Below, piece after piece: positions 1-8,729 of a stretch of DNA of 30,787 nucleotides (positions within the stretch are counted from its first letter, which is position 1; every line of letters begins with the position of its first letter). The translations under genes and the position numbers were made by a program. Origin of the DNA: Elainellaceae cyanobacterium (lineage in GTDB: Bacteria > Cyanobacteriota > Cyanobacteriia > CAZCXK01). The notes beneath the pieces were generated by a model. It made no database searches. It was not told the origin of the DNA and saw only the letters and a program-made list of their open reading frames with translations. The DNA lies in the NCBI GenBank assembly GCA_051117555.1, contig JBNPEG010000046.1, positions 1-30,787 on the forward strand. Direction: 5' to 3'.

Positions 1-127
1 TCGCTCTTTCGTTCCATTACTATCAATGTGCTCCGACTGAGCGGATTCAAATCCATCGCACCTGCTCTACGTCAGCTAGCCAATCAAGTGGATGAGATTT
101 TTAAGCTCTTACAATGAATCAGCCCTG
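1..127 (+). mobile_element. Right end of an ISAs1-family insertion sequence: transposase C-terminus (1..117) plus terminal inverted repeat ending ...ATCAGCCCTG
   Basis: Frame 1 reads SLFRSITINVLRLSGFKSIAPALRQLANQVDEIFKLLQ*. The stop at 115-117 lies within the terminal sequence TGAATCAGCCCTG (reverse complement CAGGGCTGATTCA), which resembles ISAs1 ends (CAGGGC...). The opposite-strand TPR gene breaks off mid-repeat exactly here. Confidence 0.75.
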
Positions 128-1851
128 TGGAGCGTTGTACTTTGTCCAGAGAGGTCACCAACTTCTTCTCGAATTTGAAGAGCTTGCTGGTAGAAAGATT
201 GTGCTAAGTCAAACTGACCGAGGGATTGATGAACAAGACCAATGTTATTAAGCGTTGTGGACTTTAATTCTGGATTTTCTTGAAACAATTGGAGTGAAGT
301 TCCAAAAGAACTCAAGGCGTTTGAATACTGACCCGTTTTACGCTGAATTTCACCTAAATTATTGAGCATGGCTCCCTGCCTAATTGATTCGCCTGCCGTT
401 CGAAAGATATTAAATGCTCTTTGGTAAACTTCTAACGCTTGAGAGTAATAGCCTAGATTTTCATAAATAAAGCCGATTTCTGACAAAGTAATTCCTTGTC
501 CAAGTAGATTGTTAGTCTGTTCAAAAATTTGTAGTGCTCGCTGTTTAAGATTAATTGCTGAAGCATAAAGATCAATCATTCTTTGAACAGGGATAGTGAT
601 ACTATCATTGGAATTCTCATCAACTGTCTGTTCGTCACAATCCTCTCGGTTAAAACAAGGTGGAGGGACAGGAACAGTAAGTTGCCACACACTTGGATTG
701 CTCTCTCCAATCCTGCTTCTTAGATTAGGCTGATCAGCCTCGGAATCAATAGGGTTACCATCGCTAGATTCTGATTGTGCAATGTGGCTACCTTCTATTG
801 TGAAATTGTTGCCCTCTAGTCTGATTATGTCACCCTCACCCATTAGAGAGGCTATAACAGCGCCCTCTAAAACAATTCCGTTATTTCCTGATGGTCTAAT
901 GTTTGCAGATTCTAATTCAATGTTGCCACCTTCCAATCCAATATCGATTCCGTTTACCCTTACGTTTCCACCTTCTAATTCAATATTGCCTTCTACTGCA
1001 TCAATGTTTCCATTTCTATCAACCGAGACTATTATGCTTCCACTTTCTAACGTAATATTGCCAGCTTCAACAATATTGCTAGCTTCAATATCAGCAATAA
1101 CATTCTCAGAAATAATTCTACTGATGCCATCAAATATACCAACGCCGCTATTATGAAAAGACCTCAAATAGGCACGTATACCGTCTTGTAGGTTTAGACT
1201 AATGCTTCCTCCTTCGATCAAGAAAGAAGTTGTTTCATCAATGGAAAACAAATTTTCAAAATTCGCATCAATAAGAACAATTAATTCTTCGTCGCCGAGC
1301 TCATCTCTAAGAATTTGCAAATTACTCAAAGCTTCTGACAACTGAATACGATTGGCTCCTCTTGCAATGAGGGGACTAGAAAAAATTGAGCCAATAAGTC
1401 TTAAGGTGTTACCCTCACCTATCCGATCACCAAGCTCTCGATAAATTTCTAAAGCTTGTTCAAAAGACTCCAGAGATTTGACCAACTGCCCATGTCTAAT
1501 ATACAGTTCACCTATCAGTTGGAGAGTATTTGCTTCATTTGGGCGATCGCTATTCTCTTGATAAGTTTCTAAGGCTTGTTGAAGTGTCTCTAATGATTCT
1601 GGAAATCGAATTTCCTGGAGAATAGATGCATCGATATAATCGGTAGATTCTATAAGAGACTCATCAAGTCGTATACGTAAACCCTCTCCTGTAAGAGACG
1701 AAGTTGGAATCCCAATCCCTGCATGTGGATTTTCCAAATTTGAATTTTTCTCTTGCGCAAAAACTTTATTAATAAGTAATAGTTGTGCCTGGAATTGGAC
1801 TAACAATATGATTATTGTGACTCGAAGTAATTGAAACCAATGTTTATACAT
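109..1851 (-). pseudogene. Secreted TPR-repeat protein, probably of the TPR-CHAT type, truncated at its 3' end by the IS
   Basis: Signal-peptide-like N-terminus (..KVFA-QE) and ~40-aa TPRs (GAMLNNLGEI, STTLNNIGLV). The final repeat STTLH runs into IS-derived RADSL*. A CHAT domain is inferred from the repeat type and is not seen. Confidence 0.7.
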
Positions 1852-1894
1852 AAGAGAATTTCTTACAAAGAATAAAGCAAGCTAAGCGATAAAC

Positions 1895-2977
1895 TTATGA
1901 ATCTAATTCAGCAAGTTGGTCGGCGATTTCTTGGCCAGTCTTAGAATCATTCCCTTCTAATACAAAGTAGAGATTTTGTGCTTCTTCAAGACACTTGATA
2001 GCTTCTTGAATATTATTGAGAACCATGTAAATATTACCCAGTGCGAATAGAGATTCTGCTTGTTCTTCTATATTTAGATTATCTTCGGCAACCTCTAGCG
2101 CTTTGAGATAAGCATCTTTTGCATGAAGATTGAGTCTAACCTGAAGATAAATATCACCCAGCAAACGATAACTTGCTGAAGACTGAATTGATTCCTGATT
2201 GAGGGCTTCTATAGTAGCGATTGCTTCCGTGAATAAGTCCTTATTCCTGTAAACTTGAGCAAGGATATAAGCTTCAGTTTCAACAGACAAACTTTGTTCA
2301 GCAATTGATGCAATTTCAGAAGTAGTTTCCTGAACAATTCCTTCATCAACTAAGCTAAATGCTAACCCAGGAATTCCTTCATCTGTTGATGCAGTGCCTG
2401 TATTTGCCCTAACTTCAATGGCATATCTGATACCTCTTTCTAAAGCAGGAATACCAGGATAACGAATTTGTGTCTCACTGATTGAATCTTCCCAAATCAC
2501 TCCGTCAGGGCTTAGAACGCGAACAGTATACTCGGTCGCATTCGGAACACTGTTCCACTGAATCAGTGGGGTATCACTCAGGACTTGCGTTTTACGTGGA
2601 GATATAACAAATGGAATTAACGGATCATCTCCACCGCGAGTCGGCAAATAATCTCCCCCTGATCCACCAGGTAAGATCCGTAGACCTGCTTGAGGACAGA
2701 TGCGCCCTAACTGATAGGTGCCACTAGCTGGCACATCTTTTCGGCTCAAGTCTGAACAAAGAATCGTTGCACTATTTCCTTGCTGCAAACGGACTTCGTC
2801 ATCTGGGTTTAAGCGATTAGGTGCTCCAATAGATCGAAATCCACTCCAATTGCTACGCTTCAACTCAATTCTCCCTGCGATGAGAAAATTGAATCTAGGA
2901 ATAATTGCAACGGCTGACGACGCCGAAACAGAAGCAGTAAGCCCTAAAGCGATGAAAATAGCAATCCTAAGTCTCAT
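1895..2977 (-). CDS. Secreted protein: Cys-pair N-terminal domain, DUF928/FN3-like beta-sandwich, C-terminal TPRs
   Basis: Sec signal (MRLRIAIFIALGLTASVSASSAVA); TRGG..PFVISPRKT..P.IQW..VPNATEYTVRV segment; helical TPR C-terminus. Lies 24 and 43 nt from its neighbours, consistent with an operon. Confidence 0.75.
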   Translation of the reverse strand: MRLRIAIFIALGLTASVSASSAVAIIPRFNFLIAGRIELKRSNWSGFRSIGAPNRLNPDDEVRLQQGNSATILCSDLSRKDVPASGTYQLGRICPQAGLRILPGGSGGDYLPTRGGDDPLIPFVISPRKTQVLSDTPLIQWNSVPNATEYTVRVLSPDGVIWEDSISETQIRYPGIPALERGIRYAIEVRANTGTASTDEGIPGLAFSLVDEGIVQETTSEIASIAEQSLSVETEAYILAQVYRNKDLFTEAIATIEALNQESIQSSASYRLLGDIYLQVRLNLHAKDAYLKALEVAEDNLNIEEQAESLFALGNIYMVLNNIQEAIKCLEEAQNLYFVLEGNDSKTGQEIADQLAELDS

Positions 2978-3001
2978 CTCAGGTTTTTCTCATCTCAGAT
3001 T

Positions 3002-4600
3002 TCATGGTTTTAATCGTTCACGAGACATCTGCTGCCATTCATCCTCCTCTGGATTATTTGGATTTCGAGGATTACTCAGGCAATCCTGCCATGCCACATT
3101 TGCATCAGGTTGATTCCCTAATTTTTCAAATGTTTGAGCTAACAAACAGAAAGTTGCTGCTTCCTGTTTTAAGCTGTCGTTGTTGTCTGCAATCTCAATT
3201 GCAGTCCTCAAACTCTCTTCGGCGTCAGAATAATATCCTTGCTTAAACCGTGCCCAACCGAGATTCTTCCACAGGTCATGCTCCACAACGGGGTTCGTGT
3301 TGTTTCCTGGTGTTTCATCAGTATCATTACTCTTTGCCAAAGAAATTCCTCTAGTCAAGAAATTAACCGCATTCGGATAATCTTCGGACAAAATCGATAA
3401 CCGTGCCTGGTTGTTATAAGCAGGGATAAACCCACCTGCAACAGCAAGGTTGTACTGCACCTGTGCCTCGTCTAGCTTGCCTAAATCCTCATAAACGACT
3501 CCAAGGTTATAATGAGCCCTGACATAATTGGGGTCTAACTCCAACGCACGCTTTAATTTTGATTCAGCACTGTCTAAATTCCCAACAACATAATCTTCAA
3601 TAGCACTGTTGTTATATCCGACAGCAATTCTCGGCAGCGAAAGCCGAAATCCAACAAATGTTAGCAACAAGACTGTTGCAGCTCCAAATTTCATTTCTTG
3701 CCAGAGACGCTTCGGCACTCTCCATCGTGTTAAAGTGCGCTCGACGATGGCATTACCCCTTTGGGTAATTGCACTACCACCAATCAATGCCAGAATGCTT
3801 TGGAAAATAACAGCGAGTGCTCCAAATGTTCCAGGCCCGCCTCCACCCAAAAATCGAGTAGATATATCAGTCAACAAGCCAAACGTCCCAGTTAGCCAAA
3901 ACAGCGTCAGCACTGTCCAAACGGGGTCGTAGCGATCCCACCAGTGGGCAGGCATCTTCAGAAACCACCACCACGCATTATCTGGTGGTTTCAAAACATA
4001 CCGCAATTCTTCAAACTTATCGGTGAGCGATTGTAACGTCTTGGAATCTAATATTCTAGAGAATCGGTCGATCTGTTGCCGTAGTCGCTCATCTAAATTT
4101 GCAACCGTCATCAAATCATTTGGTGAAACTTTGTCAGCTTCAATCTCAGCCTGAACCGCATCCCGGACGGTAAAAACTTTAGCCAGGAACTCGACAGCCG
4201 AATGCTCAACGTCCTGCTGAATTGTTTTAGAATCTGCTTCCTCTAGCAGTGCAATTTTGGCCTTGTAACGGGCGACCGCACCCTCTGCCTCTGCTAATTT
4301 TGGCCTTGAATCAAGAAACCACCACCAAGCTTCTTCTGCAGGAGGATAGCTTGATCGCCAGTCCTCCAGCTCAATCGTTCCTCTAATTTTGCCAGCTACA
4401 CCCCTTAGCTTCTGATCCAAGGTGAAGAGCATTATTATAACAGCGACATTACTCGAATCGCCTCGAGCGATCGCTTGTTGAACACCATCTCGTGCCAAGA
4501 GTACATTTAAGATTTGCCTAGCCGAAGGCTGCTCAACTATCTCTAGCTCAGCTAATACAGATTCATAACGCTTTAATGCATTATCCAGAGAAGAGTGCAT
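3002..4600 (-). CDS. Membrane TPR protein with a duplicated N-terminal helical domain (AWWWFL motif twice), about 3 TM segments and C-terminal TPRs
   Basis: Two homologous blocks ending PAEEAWWWFLD and PPDNAWWWFLK; three hydrophobic stretches; ALELDPNYVRAHYNLGVVY TPR. Confidence 0.85.
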   Translation of the reverse strand: MHSSLDNALKRYESVLAELEIVEQPSARQILNVLLARDGVQQAIARGDSSNVAVIIMLFTLDQKLRGVAGKIRGTIELEDWRSSYPPAEEAWWWFLDSRPKLAEAEGAVARYKAKIALLEEADSKTIQQDVEHSAVEFLAKVFTVRDAVQAEIEADKVSPNDLMTVANLDERLRQQIDRFSRILDSKTLQSLTDKFEELRYVLKPPDNAWWWFLKMPAHWWDRYDPVWTVLTLFWLTGTFGLLTDISTRFLGGGGPGTFGALAVIFQSILALIGGSAITQRGNAIVERTLTRWRVPKRLWQEMKFGAATVLLLTFVGFRLSLPRIAVGYNNSAIEDYVVGNLDSAESKLKRALELDPNYVRAHYNLGVVYEDLGKLDEAQVQYNLAVAGGFIPAYNNQARLSILSEDYPNAVNFLTRGISLAKSNDTDETPGNNTNPVVEHDLWKNLGWARFKQGYYSDAEESLRTAIEIADNNDSLKQEAATFCLLAQTFEKLGNQPDANVAWQDCLSNPRNPNNPEEDEWQQMSRERLKP

Positions 4601-5539
4601 CCTCTTGCAGACCTTTCAGTTTGAGAACAATTAGCCCATCAATAAAAACTAAGCGAAAGTGCTGCCTCGGAAATTACAAACAGGCAATTTCTCCACTATC
4701 ATCAAAATCTTGGTAAATATCATTAAAAATCATAATGTTTTCACGAATAGAGATTTCTTAGTCAATAGAGAATGTTATGAACTTCAACAGAGAATACTTT
4801 CCTGAGTAAGTTTGAGAATTCACCACAACTTGCAATCGGTGTTCAAAAAGCCTGCCCTATCTAGATTCCTCAAAAGTGTATAACACCCTCTAATATTGTA
4901 AACTTGGAAAATTTTAAGGAGTTTGAGAATCTAATGAGGAGAATCTTGGACAAACCACGAATAATCATTCATCAAGTGAAGGTATTTGTTCCTTAGGAAG
5001 GGATAACCATTTCCTATGGCTCTTTGCAAAATTCGGTAGCATTTTTTTAAGCTTTTCTAATTTAATAAAACTTAATAAATCCCCAAGAGCGTTTCTATAC
5101 TGCGACACTCCTTAAAATATTTACGAATTAGCCCATTCTCATTTTCTATCAGAGTTTTTCCTATAACCTCCTGAAGTCTCTTCCAATTCTCAACAGTTGT
5201 AAGGGATACACCAAATTGAGCAACGCTACAGAAACGAGTAGGTTTAATTCACCCTTTCAGACCCGACCAATCGGGTGATGATTCTCTCATTTGCAAACGC
5301 TAAGGTATGGAAAAATTCGATGGATTACTTCGCGGATTTGCCTCATCACGATCGCGGTATGGTGAATATCAGGCCCATAGCGATCGCCCGCTTGCTGAGC
5401 AGTGGGATTCATTACGTCGGCTCCCCCTTTCACACCGACCATTAATGCCCGCCGAGCACGATTTTTATTCCCCTCAAACAGAGGTCGTTTGGAACATGTT
5501 CGTGCCGGATTCTTGCTTTCTCCGCTCGTCACACAAAGG

Positions 5540-5566
5540 GCATGATACGCGCCATGCTTTTTTTTT
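5540..5566. terminator. Short hairpin with T/A tract at the 3' end of the GH63 gene
   Basis: GCATG-N8-CATGC followed by T9 on +; abuts the GH63 stop codon. Confidence 0.4.
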
Positions 5567-6935
5567 ACTGACCCAAAATCAAATCAAGCACCAGAGCGGC
5601 TGTCCAAGAAAAGTTAGCGGAGCCGAGTCCTTCCCCCGTGTCGGGGTTGAAGTATTCATAAAATCCAGCTCGCTCTACCAAATCGAGGCTCATCTGCTTA
5701 ACCTGTTCGGCTTCATTGTCGTAGCCGTAGGTTTTCAACCCGTGATGAAGCATCCAGTTGAGGTTAATCCAAATCGGCCCTCGCCAATACCGATTGGCGC
5801 AAAAGCCGGGTTCTTGACGGCTTGTTGTCGGCACTAACCATCCCTCGGCACTCGAACCACCGAAAGCAGGGGATAGCAGATGATTGACCATCTTTTGCAC
5901 TTGTCGCGAGTTGGGCACTCCTGCATATAGGGGCGTATAGTTGCTAGCCACACAGGTCGGGATGGGCTGATCGGTGACTAAATCGTAGGTATGATAAAAC
6001 CCTCGCTGGGGATTCCAAAGCTTGGCGTTCAGGCCGATTGCCGTCTGCTGTGCCCACATTTTAAACGGAGTGGGGTCAAAATCAATCACGTTGGCGATCG
6101 CCGCTAGATCTCGATTTGCCTTGACCAGTAATGTGTTAAACCAGACATCTTGAACTAAAAACGGACAATTTTTTTGAATCTGCGCTTCGCTATAGTTGCA
6201 GTCGCGCGCGTGAACCAATAAGTAGACGTACCGATCATAATCATGGTCGCTGGGTCGTTGGCTGCCGTTAACTTTGCGATTGTCGACTCGCTGATAGGCA
6301 GGAATCATATCCGGCGATAGATCCATCTGCTGTAGGGCGGTATCCCAGAGCGGTGAATTGTCTTGACCAGATTCCCAGGGATGGCGAATGTAGATGAGCC
6401 CGTCTTGGTTGGGGTTGCGCTCTCGATATAGATAATGGTGCCATGCGACGAGTTTGGGAAACAGCTCTACTAGAAACTCGTAGGCACGGTCTCGATCGGT
6501 CGCATACCGATAAATCTGCCACGCCGCGATCGCATGAACCGGGGGCTGAATAATACCCGATGTTGCGACATGGCGTGGGGCATAGAGCGATCGCTCGGTC
6601 TGCCAATATTCGGGCCCTGGAAAATAGGCACTCGCATCCGGCGTATGAAAGACAATGTGGGGAAGCAAACCATTGCGCCATTGCCCATCAAAGAGCGATC
6701 GCAGTTCTTGCATGGCTCGATCTTGATCCACATGAGCATATCCCATTGAGATAAAGCCCGAATCCCAACTCCATTGGTAGGGATATAAACTCGGGGCGGG
6801 TTTGGTAGAATTGCCGAGCCAATTTTCTTGCAAAATAGTGTGTGCTTGCTGAATCAGCGCTTTTTGAGACGATGACAAAGCGCTTTGATTCAGGATGCGA
6901 ACATCCGTATCCCGTCTGACCAGGAGAGAAGTCAT
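5565..6935 (-). CDS. GH63 / MGH1-like (alpha/alpha)6 glycoside hydrolase (mannosylglycerate/glucosylglycerate hydrolase-like)
   Basis: Motifs YPYQWSWDSGF, HPWESGQDNSPLWD, YWRGPIWIN, GFYEYFNP, FSWTAA. Confidence 0.9.
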   Translation of the reverse strand: MTSLLVRRDTDVRILNQSALSSSQKALIQQAHTILQENWLGNSTKPAPSLYPYQWSWDSGFISMGYAHVDQDRAMQELRSLFDGQWRNGLLPHIVFHTPDASAYFPGPEYWQTERSLYAPRHVATSGIIQPPVHAIAAWQIYRYATDRDRAYEFLVELFPKLVAWHHYLYRERNPNQDGLIYIRHPWESGQDNSPLWDTALQQMDLSPDMIPAYQRVDNRKVNGSQRPSDHDYDRYVYLLVHARDCNYSEAQIQKNCPFLVQDVWFNTLLVKANRDLAAIANVIDFDPTPFKMWAQQTAIGLNAKLWNPQRGFYHTYDLVTDQPIPTCVASNYTPLYAGVPNSRQVQKMVNHLLSPAFGGSSAEGWLVPTTSRQEPGFCANRYWRGPIWINLNWMLHHGLKTYGYDNEAEQVKQMSLDLVERAGFYEYFNPDTGEGLGSANFSWTAALVLDLILGQ

Positions 6936-7008
6936 AGGTGTGTCAGCCTTTTGAAGAACGTCTGTGCAGGTGAATGACGTGAGTTAATTCTGATCCAAGT
7001 CCAAACCT

Positions 7009-7258
7009 GGAGGTCTGTCGTGAGAAAACCTCCACGTCTTAAACCGGACATTCATGCAAAAACTACGGCGCGAGGGGAAACCTGGGGCTCTCATAGCAAA
7101 ACCCATGCTTCCGTCCTCAAGCCTATGTGCGACCCTGGGTATTTGTAGCGTTCGCCAGCTTAGGACGCGACTCCTGACTAAAACCAAAGCTGGCGAAGCT
7201 GGCGTGCAACCGCACAAAGAACTGTGGTGGTTGCTATCTGTCCGGGGGCAAAGGACTA
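7009..7258. ncRNA. Candidate structured non-coding RNA or leader (unassigned)
   Basis: Several nested inverted repeats (see findings); no credible ORF on either strand. Confidence 0.35.
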
Positions 7259-7382
7259 GCAAAATTTGTTATGTATCGAGCGTTACACTAGCCACTTTGA
7301 GCGTCAAGATTTCCTTCCAAGGTTTACGGTAGATTCACCCAGGTTCAGTGAATATCAATTTCTGCTAAGCATTTTCACTTAG

Positions 7383-7568
7383 TTAGGAACGAACAGTAGG
7401 ACGTGAACGAACCCTGAGCGAGCATCGGGGCGATCGCCTCAATTCATAAACACTTGGATAAGTTTCGACCTGAACATACAGCCGAGTTGAGCACCGCACG
7501 TCTCGATGACAGTCCGCACGAGAACGCCGAAACCTAAATAATCGAGGAAGCTGCCGACGAATGTGCAT
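7383..7568 (-). CDS. Putative small Arg-rich protein (61 aa), divergent from the LysR gene
   Basis: ATG at 7568 with GGAG about 12 nt upstream; MHIRRQLPRLFRFRRSR...; an LTTR box lies between it and lysR. Confidence 0.45.
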   Translation of the reverse strand: MHIRRQLPRLFRFRRSRADCHRDVRCSTRLYVQVETYPSVYELRRSPRCSLRVRSRPTVRS

Positions 7569-7698
7569 CAGGAATCCATCTCCAGAGTGATGGGACGATT
7601 GCTTAATGACGCGCTGACGACTAGGCGAGTCATCAAGCAGATACACTCACGGTAGCGATCGCCCCTCGCATCTTCAAACGATGCACTGCATCCCTTCG

Positions 7699-7713
7699 AT
7701 AAATGGCATTTAT
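7699..7713. promoter_or_regulatory. LysR-type T-N11-A recognition site
   Basis: Perfect dyad ATAAATG-G-CATTTAT, 65 nt upstream of the lysR start. Confidence 0.7.
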
Positions 7714-7778
7714 GGAATAATCCCGGCTATTTGGCCAAGGCTCCGTCATAATCAATATCAAGATTACAGGGTATTCCA

Positions 7779-8696
7779 ATGAGCAAACATTCTCACTCTG
7801 GAATCAAGCTGTCTCAAATTCGAGCACTGGTTGCCGTAGCAGAACGTGGCAACTTTGGAGAAGCCGCTTGGACCCTCGGACTCACGCAACCGTCGGTCAG
7901 TCATGCGATCGCCAGTTTAGAAGAAGAACTCGGGGTCATCTTGGTCGCGCGCGGACGACATGGCGCCCATCTCACCCCGGCGGGTGAAAACGTCGTCATT
8001 CACTTTCAAGAAATGTTGCGGCTCCTCGATGTTGCCGTACAGGAAGCCAATCTGCACAAAGGCTTGCAGGGTGGTCAGGTGAGAATTTCCACCTTTCGCA
8101 GTGCCGCTGCTCATCTGTTGCCCAAAATCATGGCGCATTTTCAAGCGGTATGTCCTGCCATCGATGTCATGGTTGCCGAGCACTATGACTATCATTTTGT
8201 GGAACAAGATATCCGCGATGGCAAAGCCGATATTGGGTTCACTATTTTGCCAACCGATCGCGATCTAGAAACAATAGAAGTCTTACGAGATGAATATATT
8301 GTGCTACTGCCTGACACATCAGAGATGCAAAGCACTCGACTGACGTGGGATGAACTGTCTCGCTTACCGTTGATGCTCTATTCAGATGACAATAGCTGCT
8401 TTGCCACCGTTCAGCGTTACTTCCTGAAGGCGGGTCATCCCCTCAAACCTCGCCACCAGTTTCGAGAAACCTCAACGATTGTAAATATGGTGGCTCAAGG
8501 GGTCGGAGTCGCAATTGTGCCTCAACTCTCTGCTATGTCAGTTCCTGCTGGTATTCGCATCGGCCAGCTTCCTTCCCCACTCGAACGGGTTATTGGAGCT
8601 GCAATTTTAGCCAATTCTCTGCAAACTCCCGCAGTCTTTGCATTTCTTGGCGTCTTGAAACAAAACCTACCTCTACTTAAGCATCTACCCGCCTGA
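7779..8696 (+). CDS. LysR-family transcriptional regulator
   Basis: HTH GNFGEAAWTLGLTQPSVSHAIASLEEELG plus a LysR substrate-binding domain. Confidence 0.95.
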   Translation: MSKHSHSGIKLSQIRALVAVAERGNFGEAAWTLGLTQPSVSHAIASLEEELGVILVARGRHGAHLTPAGENVVIHFQEMLRLLDVAVQEANLHKGLQGGQVRISTFRSAAAHLLPKIMAHFQAVCPAIDVMVAEHYDYHFVEQDIRDGKADIGFTILPTDRDLETIEVLRDEYIVLLPDTSEMQSTRLTWDELSRLPLMLYSDDNSCFATVQRYFLKAGHPLKPRHQFRETSTIVNMVAQGVGVAIVPQLSAMSVPAGIRIGQLPSPLERVIGAAILANSLQTPAVFAFLGVLKQNLPLLKHLPA

Positions 8697-8729
8697 TAAA
8701 TTACTTATTGTCTATCTAGAGAATTGATA

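Noticed and set aside
782..1156. 124-aa + strand ORF
   Set aside because: Antisense shadow of the repetitive insert in the TPR gene.
5287..5837. ORFs 5287..5532(-) and 5307..5837(+)
   Set aside because: No recognisable motifs; the + ORF overlaps GH63 antisense and runs through a T9 hairpin.
6984..7332. Two overlapping 92-aa ORFs, and partial resemblance to c-di-AMP or fluoride riboswitches
   Set aside because: The ORFs are not protein-like. The riboswitch-like words (GGGGAAACC, CGCCAGCT, GTTCGCC, GACTCCT) lack the remaining consensus and face away from the adjacent gene.
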